Source of the DNA: the human T2T-CHM13v2.0 reference genome, Homo sapiens
Direction: 5' to 3'
Length of the DNA stretch: 64,000 bases
NCBI GenBank assembly: GCA_009914755.4
Contig: CP086569.2
Span: 6,624,001-6,688,000, forward strand
The translations under genes and the position numbers were made by a program. Each line of letters starts with the position of its first letter. The stretch's first letter is position 1. Shown here piece by piece: positions 53,473 to 64,000 of the stretch. The notes beneath the pieces were generated by a model. The model did no database searches. It saw nothing but the letters and a program-made list of their open reading frames with translations, and had not been told where the DNA came from.

Positions 53473-55263
53473 GTAAGAGGCTTGGTTTTCTGTTGGGAGG
53501 AAATTCATCCTGAGCATCTTACGAGCAGAATGATCAACCCTTGATTCAAAACCAGGCTGTAGAAGAAGAACAGCTAAGAAAGTTCTCAGTGCTAACAGGG
53601 AGAAGAGAAGGTTGTGGAGCCATGTCATCCCACCTTCCTCAACGATAATGACCCTAGTGGACTTTGTTATCTCTACATGTTTACTACACACAGCTGTTTT
53701 CCTAACCAATATACAGAGCCAGTGGATTTGTTTCCTAGAACTGCCATAATGCAATACTGCAAACTGGGATGGCTTAAAAGGAAATACGTTGTCTCCTAGT
53801 TCCTGAGGACAGAAGTCCAAGATCAAGATGTGGGAAGGTCAGCTCTTTCTGAGGGCGAGTCTCCTGTGCCCGTCCTGGCTCCTGGGGCCTTGCCGCAGTC
53901 CTTGGATTCCTTGGCTTGTAGGGGCATCACCCTCGTCTCTTGTGTTCAGATTTGACCACATTTCCCTGTGGTAAAGACAGTCAGATTGGTTTAGGAATTT
54001 ACTCTACTCCAGGATAACCTAATTTTAGTAATTGATTCTGAATCCAGTTATAGTTACATTTGCACTGACCCTGTTTCCAAATAGCATCACATTCTGAGGT
54101 GCACTGTTGATGAGCACTTTAACCTGTGAATTTGTGGGGGTGGGGGCACAGTTCAAACACCAGGATTTGTTTTGGAGTCTTTTTAAGGTTTGTCCCCTTA
54201 ATACCAGATTGAATATACAGTATGGAACTTGATTATTTGAAAAGGAACTCCCAGTTCCTTGGCACCCCCTCCCAGAGATGTATGTATTCAATTTGAAGGA
54301 AGCCAGTCTGTGGTCCCTTGGGCATGGGTTCTCTCACTGCTGTGTAGGGTACAATATAGGCATTGGAGCCACCCAGAATGGCTCAAGATGTGATCGTTAA
54401 ACAAGTCTGAGTGAGGCCTGTTCATTTGAGCCTTGGTTTTCCTGCCCAGGCAAACGTGATCAAGTATGTGAGGCACGTAACATGTTGTAAATAAGTGCCC
54501 TCCCCATCAAGCCTGGGTTTCTGTCCCTTGTGCTCCCAGCTACCATTATTCATGGGAAGTGCATGCGCTTTCTGCATATATATCAGATACCTTGGATTGG
54601 CTTTTGTCAGACGCAGTATAAGCAATTGGTATACAAAACAAAATAGGTACTGCCTCACCCCTGGGAATCAGGGAAATAATAACCCCTGTGCTAATACCTC
54701 AACCTTGGCTCTTAGACTAGCACAGGTGATCTCCTGTCTCAGAGCTCAAAGCTTCCCAGAGGTGGCTGCAAATGGAAATCATGCATACCAAAACCTGCCT
54801 CCCTGTTCACTCATGGCATGTAGTTTAGCATTTAGCAACACCTTTGCACAAGGACGTGATGAAGGCCAAAGAGACTCACGGCATGTAAACAAGTTCCAGG
54901 CTGGAGCTGTCAGGTGTAAAAAGTGCATGTGCACGGAGACAGAGCCATGCTGCTTGCTGGTCCCGAGGGTCCCCAAGTGTGAGCTTTGCTGGCCTCTTGG
55001 CAGAAGCCACCAACTCTCCCCAGAAAGATCGTCTTCCTTATTCAGTGCTTGTTTATGAAGCTTCTGTAACCAGGCAGTTGAGATGGAGAGCTAGAGCACA
55101 ATAACGCGTAGACCTTGGCAAATGTCAACTTTATGTAACATCTGTGAGCTTCATTTCCTGATTCTACAGTGTTGCTGAAGTAAGATACCTTAGGTGGAGT
55201 TGGTATTGAAGAGAGACACTGTTGTACTTTCTTCCAATTATTGTGTGTATTGTGGTACTTTCT

Positions 55264-55530
55264 TTTTTTGAAATGGGGTCTCAGTTTGTTGCCCAGGCTG
55301 GCGCTCACTGCAGCTTCAACCTCCTAGGCTGAAGCCGTCCTTCCACCTCAGCCTCCCAAGTAGCTGAGACTACAGGCATACCAACGTGCCCGGCTAATTT
55401 TTGTAATTTTTGTAGAGACAGGGTTTCACTATGTTGCCCACGTTGGTCTGGAACTCCTGGTTTTCAATGATCCACCCACCTTGGCCTCCTAGGGTGCTGG
55501 GATTATAGGTGTAAGCCACTGCGCCCAGCC
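55264..55530 (-). mobile_element. Alu SINE (antisense)
   Basis: ttttttgaaatggggtctcagtttgttgcccaggctggcgctcactgcagcttcaacctcctaggc...ataggtgtaagccactgcgcccagcc. Confidence 0.9.
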
Positions 55531-55730
55531 ACTGGAACTTTTTGGAGTACTCCACAAGGTTGTATTTAAAGGAAGAAGGGAGCAAAGAAGTGTTCATTCT
55601 TGGGATGTTTTCTATGTTTACCTCAAGTCCTGAAGTTTTGGTTAGGTCAATATTTATTGAGCCGCAATCAAGAAAGAGCACCTTCTCCTCAGCCTATCAA
55701 TGTTTCCCTTCTACCTTAAAGAAAAAGGAA

Positions 55731-56105
<375 letters not shown>

Positions 56106-57569
56106 AAATGTTTCCTTGATCATGTTCCCTCCTCAAGCACCTGTACTGTCATTCCTGCACCCCACCAAACTCATTAAAAACAGATTCTGCACCTCAGAAA
56201 ATGATTCATTCCTCAAATACCTCTAGTCTGACTTTCTCCATTAGAAGTCTTCAGTAAGTTCTGGGTTCCCATATCCAGTAATCTTACTGCAACTGGCATT
56301 CCTCCTTCCCTGCTCATCCATCCTTACCTGTGTGCAGCAGGAAGTGGGTATGGGGGTGGGGGTGGTGAGGAAGGGAGTAGGTGTTGACCTGCAGTGCAGC
56401 TGGGCAGGGTTCCCTGGAAGATCTGCTCAGAATCCTCAACCTCACCTTCCAGGTGCAGTGATGGACAAGTTCTCCAGAGTCACCGAGCTTGTGGCCTGAG
56501 TCCTGCTTCTGAGCCCTGGACCCAGCAGAATAGATGCCATTCCTGTCCAACTGTTCATCTCCTTCACCACCAGTGTCTCTCTTCCTCCCCTCTACCAATA
56601 TCCATGATGTCAGTTAGGATGCATTAGGCTGCAAGAAAGGGAATCTTCAGTGGAGCACTGATATGCTCAGATAGCAGGGGAGTAGGGTGTTGAAGAAGGA
56701 CCCAAGACACACAGCTCTTCAAACTCAGGAAGGAGCCTCAAAAATGGATCTGTTTTGTTCCTCTGCCCACAACAGGCAGATGTCAGGTCATCTGGCTTTT
56801 AGCAAACCATGTATATTTCCTAACCTGTGTGGATTAGTGGATTTTCATTGTTGCCCTGCAGGGCCTTTGCCATGAGAAGCACTCCGTGGATGTTATCCAT
56901 AGGTGGCATCTCAAAGCAGCGCACTCATGGCAGTCAGAAAAAGGAAACTAATTAGGCAAAAATTTTAAGTAGTAGACGACTTATGCATTACCAAGTTCTA
57001 GTGCCAAAAGGAATTTGTTGTGTTTGCATGAGTTTAGCAGTCTGGCATTGACGGGTGACTCTATTGGCCTCTGTCTTACGGGATCCATTGCCTGGTCACT
57101 TGTGCTATCTGGGCAGCTTTTAAGAATCACATGGTGACCATGTGCCTTTCCCGTGAGCTCATGTTACCATCCCAGGAGCAGAGAAGCAAGGGAGCGAGCC
57201 CCTAGAAATGTGCACAGCCTGCACCTGCTGTAGTGAGCAGCTCCCCCAAATGCTGGGGGAGTTGTGAGTTGTTTGCCCCCACATATTTCTGAACACAGCC
57301 AGGGAAGTGGAAGTCCATTTTCCACTTAGTATGGAAAGAGAGAAAATTTGTCAGATGAGTTCCTGTAAACATAATAAGTATTTCCTCTGGGACTTCATCA
57401 CCCAAAGTCCAAACTATAAAGAAGACATGTTCTTCCATACCCAGATTTTTAGCATACATAAGATAATTCACACAGACTTGCAAGGCATTATGAGGAACAT
57501 GGGACAGAACCACAGATTCAAACTGAATTTAGCTGGGAAAGAACTGCCTGCAACATAATCAAGTGATAG

Positions 57570-57905
<336 letters not shown>

Positions 57906-58139
57906 TGATTTTTTAAAGAAGGGGAAAATACTGTCTAAAGAGGAAGGAAGAACGGAATGTGAGGAGCTGTCTTGAGTGTAGTCAACACACATGACAGTTC
58001 TGTCATTTCAAAATTGCCTAGTGTCCCTTTGTTCTGAGCCCTCTTCTATTCCTTCCCTGCACCTTGCAGCCTACTCTGTGTTCTGTTCATAGAGTTTTGC
58101 ACTCGTAAGAATGGCATAGAGATGGCATCATGCATTGTG

Positions 58140-58440
58140 TGGCCCTGAGAGTGTGACGTCTTTTATTCAACCTCATGTATTTGAGATTCATGCATGCTAT
58201 TGTGTGCACCAGCCATTCTTTCTTTAATAGCTAAGTGACATTTCATATTGAAGGCCTTTTCAGTGATTTGTTTATCCATCCTCCTGTGGAAGGACATTTG
58301 GGTGCTTTCTAGGTTTTAGGGATTCCAACATAAAGCTGCAAAAAACATTTTCATACAGATCTTTTGTGTGAACATAGGTTTTCACTTCTCTTGGGTAAAT
58401 ATCTAGGAGTGGGATTGCTGGTTCATGTGGTTAACTGTAG
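58140..58440 (-). mobile_element. Old L1 (L1M-type) 3'-end fragment, antisense
   Basis: ...gatttgtttatccatcctcctgtggaaggacatttgggtgctttctaggttttagggattccaacataaagctgcaaaaaacattttcatacagatcttttgtgtgaacataggttttcacttctcttgggtaaatatctaggagtgggattgctggttcatgtgg. This matches the L1 3' consensus (ttatccattcatc.gttgatggacatttgggttgtttccac...gggtatatacctaggagtggaattgctgggtcatatgg) in reverse complement. Confidence 0.8.
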
Positions 58441-59035
58441 GTTTCAGAAACCAGTGCATTCTTTTCCAACTAAGGCGGAGGCAAGACACATGACAAATAT
58501 GAATGGTTTTACAGAGATGAGTTCTGTTGCAGAGCTTGTCTGCCTGTTGCTCAAGGCGTATTGGAAAGTATGTAAAAAGACATTAGCTCTGGTGTATATA
58601 TCTGCAGAACACTCATGAAGTTTGATTCTTTTTCTGAGGGTTTGCAGTTAGCCTTCTGGGCTAATTTCATGAATCTGTCAGGGTCACAGTTTCCATGGGC
58701 AGACGTGAATGTCGCCCAGGTCTGCTGAGTGACAGAGCATCCTGGTTTGCACACCTTCCCCTCCTTCAGCAGTGCAGTTGGTGTAACTTTCTGCATATAA
58801 ACAGAAAACTCTACAGTCTGGTTAGCCCTCTGGTGGGTAGACTCCAGAATCTGCACAGGACAGAGGCCTGTCTATTCTGGCTTTCAGAAAACAGGGTTCC
58901 TACCGGCTGGACCATATGGCAGCCAGGAAAGATCTCTGTGCATTTGCCCACATACCCATGCTGTACAAGTCATCAAAAATCCAGTGAAGCATTTTCCCCA
59001 CCTATATATTTAACTTCTAAATCTACTTATCTTTC

Positions 59036-59415
59036 AGATAGATAGATAGATAGATAGAGACAGGCTAGATAGATTAGACAGATTAGATAGAATAGATAGA
59101 ATAGATAGGTAGATAGATACATAAATATTAATAGATACATTAGGTAGATAGTTTAGAGTAGATATTGATAGATTAGACAGATGATAGATATAGATACATA
59201 GGCCAATAGATTGATAGATTAGACACAGTAGTTATTAATAAATAGATAGTAGATATTAATAGGTTAAATAGATGGATTAGATAGAGTAGATATTAATATA
59301 TTTGAAAGATGATGATACATAGATAAGAGACAGATAATAATATATCAGAAGAGTAGATATTAATAGATAAATTAGATAGGATAGATTGATTAGATTAGAT
59401 AGATACATTGATTTC
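59036..59415. repeat. ~380-bp degenerate (GATA)n/(TAGA)n-derived satellite-like array
   Basis: gatagatagatagatagatagagacaggctagatagattagacagattagatagaatagatagaatagataggtagatagatacataaatattaatagatacattaggtagatag...gattagattagatagatacattg. A short pure (GATA)5 core grades into diverged AGAT/AGATT/ATAGA units. Confidence 0.9.
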
Positions 59416-60399
59416 CTGGCTATGTGACATACTTCACCTGCAGTACTTCTCTCTGGTGATGATGTCATTCAGATGAGTTACTGTAAGAGGAGTGAGTACA
59501 AAGAAGAGTGAATGAGATCTCAGTGGCCTCCTCTTTCCACAGCAAGCCCAAGCACAAAGATAAAAGGCTACACTGAGCACTCAACACACAGTGAGGTTGG
59601 GCTCTCCATAAGGAGTATGTAGCAGATGACCCAGCAACTTCACAACTGGTGCAGGTCTTGGTTAGAGTGAGGTAAGGTGGAGGGGAAGCACTTCCCTGAG
59701 GTGTTCGTGTGTTCCAGTGCTCCTCGTATCCTAGGCTTCTGAACAGAGGGCTGTCAGTTGAGTGAGTGGTTCTTGTCACCTCCTGTTGGCCTGGCGTTTC
59801 ATGGTTCTGGAGTTTCTGCCCAAGTGGAGACCAAGGTCTGTTCTGTGTCAGTCTCCTCCTGTCACATCTGTAAGCTGCTGTTGTGAGGGCGGTGGTGTCA
59901 AGGTGAGCTGAATGGAAAGACATGCTCCCTCCTTCCAAGACTGACCTCACACTTTAGGGGAGTAGTACAGTGTGCTTTAAAAAACCTCAGCAGAAACAAC
60001 ACAGATATCCATTGACAGAGGAAATTCCATCAAAAGCATGTATGCATCCATACAGTGGAATATCATGACTGAGCTTTGAAAAGGAAGGAAATTCTGACAC
60101 AGGCTACAGCATGGATGACTCTCAAAGAAATTATACCAAGTGAAATTAGCCAGTCACAAATGGCAGATACCATAGGATTCTACTTGTAAGGGATACCTTG
60201 AGGAGTCTAGTCCAAAGACACAGACAGTGGAAGGGTAGTTGCTGGAGCATGGGGAGAAACGGAGGGTGTGGAGTTTGTATTTAAGGGTACAGTTTCAGTT
60301 TTGCAAAATGAATAAAATTCTCGACACATTTGGTGGCGAAGGTTGCACAACAGTATGAATGCACCTAATGCCTCTAAACTGTGCACTTAAAAATGGTTA

Positions 60400-60650
60400 A
60401 GATGGAGTCCAAGGTGGGAGGATCACTGGAGGCCAGGATTTCAAGTAAGCTTGGGCAACATAGCAACACCCTATCTCCACGAAAAAAATTTCAAAAATTA
60501 GCTAGGCATGGAGGCTCACATCTGTAATCCAGCACTTTGGGAGGCTGAGGTGGGAGGATTGCTTGAGCCCGGGTGTTCAAGGCTGCAGTGAATGGGGATC
60601 ATGACAGTATACTGCAGCCTGGGCAACAGTGAGACCCTGTCTCCACAAAA
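60400..60650 (+). mobile_element. Alu SINE, 5'-truncated (sense)
   Basis: ccaaggtgggaggatcactggaggccaggatttcaagtaagcttgggcaacatagcaacaccctatctccacgaaaaaaatttcaaaaattagctaggcatggaggctcacatctgtaatccagcactttgggaggctgaggtgggaggattgcttgagcccgggtgttcaaggctgcagtgaatggggatcatgacagtatactgcagcctgggcaacagtgagaccctgtctcc. Confidence 0.85.
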
Positions 60651-61124
60651 TAAATGTGTATTTTTACCACAGTTTTGGGCGACAGGTCACAGTGAGATGG
60701 TCCATGTGTAGATGCGTTAAGTTTAGAAAATTAGTCTCAGAAGAGAGAACCACAGGAATTACATTATAACTTAGAGTGAATTATAATTAGTGTGAATTCC
60801 CAGTAATTATTACATGATAAGGGCTTTTTCATAGTTGTGTTCAGTGTTTGGGGCAAGTCCCTAGCACAGACAGTGTCATTTGTTAGCTACACTGGTATCT
60901 GACAAAATTTGGTTATGAAAAAAATTAAGCAGAAAATGTAGCTTTAGTCATAATAGCAATATTCTGGAAAAAAGGCTATTATCCCTCAGTGGATATGGGT
61001 GAGGCAAGCTGTGTTGTCTCTGTGCCACGGAGCACTGCTCAGCTGTGAAAAGGAAGGAGCTGTGAATATGTGCGATAAGCTAAAGAAACCTCCAGAGTAA
61101 TGTGCTAAGTAGAAAAAGCTGTCT

Positions 61125-64000
61125 CATAACATACCAGAATCTCTGGGACACATTTAAAGCAGTGTGTAGAGGGAAATTTATAGCACTACATGCCCATAAG
61201 AGAAAGCAAGGAAGATCTAAAATTGACACGCTAACATCACAATGTAAATAACTAGAGAAGCAAGAGCAAACAAATTCAAAAGCTAGCAGAAGACAAGAAA
61301 TATCTAAGATCAGAGCAGAACTGATAGAAAGAGAGACATAAAAAACCGTTCAAAAAATCAATGAATCCAGGAGGTGGTTTTTTGAAAAGATCAACAAAAT
61401 AGGTAGACAGCTAACCAGACTAATAAAGAAGAAAAGAGACAAGAATCAAATAGACACAATAAAAAAATGATAAAGAGGATATCACTACCAATCCCACAGA
61501 AATACAAACTACCATCAGAGAATACTATAAACACCTCCACACAAATCAGCTGGAAAATTTAGAAGAAATGGATACATTCCTGGACATATACACCCTCCCA
61601 AGACTAAACCAAGAAGAGGTTGAATCCCTGAATAGATCGTAACAGGCTCTGAAATTGAGGCAATAATTAATAGCCTACCAACCAAAAATTCTCCAGGACG
61701 AGACAGATCCACAGGCAAATTCTACCAGAGGTACAAAGAGGAGCTAGTACCATTCTTTCTGAAACAATTCCAATCAATAGAAAAAGAGAGAATCCTTCCT
61801 AACTCATTTTATGAGACCAGCATCATCCTGATACCAAAACTTGGCAGAGACACAACAAAACAAGAAAATTTCAGGCCAGTATCCCTGATGAACATTGATG
61901 CAAAAATCCTCAACAAAATACTGGCAAAAAATCCAGCAGTACATCAAAAAGCTTATCCACCACGATCAAGTTGGCTTTATCCCTGGGATGCAAGGCTGGT
62001 TCAACATACACAAATCAGTAAACGTAATTCATCACATAAACGGAACCCATGACAAAAACCACATGATTATCTCAATAGATGCAGAAAAGGCCTTTGACAA
62101 AAATTCAACAACCCTTCATGCTAAAAACTCTCAACAAACTAGGTATTGATGAAACATCTCAAAATAATAGGAGCTATTTATAACAAACCCTCAGCCAATA
62201 TCATACTGAATGGGCAAAAACTGGAAGCATTCCCTTTGAAAACCTGCAAGAGAGAAGGATGCCCTCTCTCACCACTCCTTTTCAACATAGTATTGGAAGT
62301 TCTGGCCAGGGCAGTCAGGCAAGAGAAAGAAATAAAGCGTATTCAATTAGGAAGAGAGGAAGTCAAATTGTCCCTGTTTGCAGATGACATGATTGTATAT
62401 TTAAAAAACCCCATTGTCTCAGCCCAAAACCTCCTTAGGCTGATAAGCAACTTCAGCAAAGTCTCAGGATACAAAATCAATGTGCAAAAAGTACAAGCAT
62501 TCCTATACATCAATAACAGACAAACAAACAGCCAAATCATGAGTGAACTCCCATTCACAGTGGCTACAAAGAGAATAAAATACCTAGGAATCCAACTTAG
62601 AAGGAATGTGAAGGACCTCATCAAGGAGAACTACAAACCACTGCTCAAGGAAATGAGAGGACACAAACAACTGGAAAAACATTCCATGCTCAGGGATAGG
62701 AATAATCAATATCATGAAAATGGCTATAATGCCCAAAGTAATTTATAAATTCAGTGTGATCCCCATCAAGCTACCATTGACTTTCTTCACAGAATTGGAA
62801 AAAACTACTTTAAATCTCATACAGAACCAAAAAAGAGCCCATATAGCCAAGACAAACCTAAGCAAAAAGAACAGAACTGAAGGCATTGCGCTACCTGACT
62901 TCAAAATATACTACAAGGCTACAGTAACCAAAACAGAATGGTACTGGTATCAAAACAGATATATAGAACAGAGGCCTCAGAAATAACACCACACATGTAC
63001 AACCATATGATCTTCGACACACCTGACAAAAACAAGCAATGGGAAAAATATTCTCTATTTAATAAACGGTGTTGGAAAAACTGGCTAGCCATAGGCAGAA
63101 AGCTGAAACTGATCCCTTCCTTACACATTATACAAAAATTAATATAAGATGGATTAAAGACTTAAACGTAAGACCTAAAATGATAAAAACCCTAGAAGAA
63201 AACTTGGGCAATACCATTCAGGTTATAGGCATGGGCAAAGACTTCATGACTAAAACATGAAAAGCAATGTCAACAAAAGCCAAGATAGACAAATAGGATC
63301 TAATTAACTTAAAGAGCTTCTGCATAGTAAAAGAACCTATCATCAGGGTGATCAGGCAACCTATAGAATGGGAAAAATTTTTGTCATCTATCCATCTGAC
63401 AAAGGGCTAACATCCAGAATCTACAAAGAACTTAAACAAATTTACAAGAAAAAAAAATCAAAAAGTGGGTGAAGGATGTAAACAGACATTTCTCAAAACA
63501 AGACATTTATGTAGCCAACAAACATATGAAAAAAAGCTCATCATCACTAGTCATTAAAGAAATGCAAATCAAAACCACAATGAGATACCATCTCACACCA
63601 GTTAGAATAGTGATCATTAAAAAGGAAACAACAGATGCTGGAGAAGATGTGGAGAAATAGGAATGCTTTTACACTGTTGGTGGGAGTGTAAATTAGTTCA
63701 ACCATTGTGGAAGATAGTGTGGTGATTCCTCAAGGATCTAGAACCAGAAATACCATTTGACCCAGCCATCCCATTACTGGGTTTATACCCAAAGGATTAT
63801 AAATCATTGTGCTATAAAGACACATGCACACGCATGTTTATTGCGGCACTGTTTACATTAGCAAAGACTTGGAACCAACCCAGATGCCCATCAATGATAG
63901 ACTGCATAAAGAAAATTAGGAACATATACACCATGGAATACTATGCAGCCAGAAAAAAGGGTTCATGTCCTTTGTGGGGACATGGATGACGCTGGAAACC
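61125..64000 (+). mobile_element. L1 (L1PA/L1PB-age) element, sense: ORF2 from the end of the endonuclease domain through RT to near the C-terminus; 5'-truncated, runs off the window
   Basis: Frame-shifted translation gives [26 protein letters not shown]..., ...[16 protein letters not shown]..., ...[49 protein letters not shown]..., ...[23 protein letters not shown]...[49 protein letters not shown]... and ...[16 protein letters not shown]...[16 protein letters not shown]..., all matching L1 ORF2p. Multiple stops and frameshifts make it an inactive copy. Confidence 0.95.

Noticed and set aside
54495-55058. 187-aa ORF on the + strand in non-repeat sequence
   Set aside because: It has no recognisable domain or family resemblance, a Cys/Ser/Leu-rich low-information composition, and no flanking splice signals or Kozak context. 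One ORF of this length is expected by chance in six frames of 64 kb.
59465-59950. 161-aa ORF on the minus strand
   Set aside because: No homology I recognise and no supporting signals. It is adjacent to the GATA array and is probably chance.
62146-62748. 200-aa ORF on the + strand
   Set aside because: It is a segment of the L1 ORF2 reverse-transcriptase domain (…[19 protein letters not shown]…FADDMIVYL…) inside a frameshifted, inactive L1. It is a mobile-element remnant, not a host gene.

Overview
This window is primate (human-type) nuclear DNA with low GC content, and about a third of it is recognisable repeats. I count about 30 Alu-derived segments, which include young, CpG-rich AluY copies. 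The other repeats are several L1 pieces, a MaLR (ERVL) element with a THE1/MST-like LTR, relics of hAT-type DNA transposons, and several microsatellites or low-complexity tracts. The L1 pieces include a sense-strand ORF2 body of about 2.9 kb at the 3' edge of the window, an antisense 3' end at 52.06-53.19 kb, and several old L1M 3'-end fragments.

The only clearly genic signal is a + strand exon at 53365-53472. Its ATG at 53415 opens 'MSITSDEVNFLVYRYLQES', the LisH-motif N-terminus of the transducin-beta-like 1 family. Thr4 points to TBL1X/TBL1Y rather than TBL1XR1, which has Ser there. As far as I recall the TBL1X long isoform, the codon at 53400-53402 is read through; here it is an in-frame TGA, so TBL1Y is the more likely assignment. 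This needs an alignment to confirm.

A second exon with very good splice signals lies at 49780-49868 and is probably 5'UTR. It carries a short uORF that would terminate overlapping the main ATG if the two exons are spliced directly together. The remainder is intronic sequence.

The sequence is mammalian repeat-rich intron, not microbial DNA, so no CRISPR array, operon or defence-island-type system is present or to be expected. ORFs in the six-frame track that I do not list as features are repeat-encoded (Alu antisense, L1 ORF2) or have no support. Coordinates of repeat boundaries are approximate (±10 bp).
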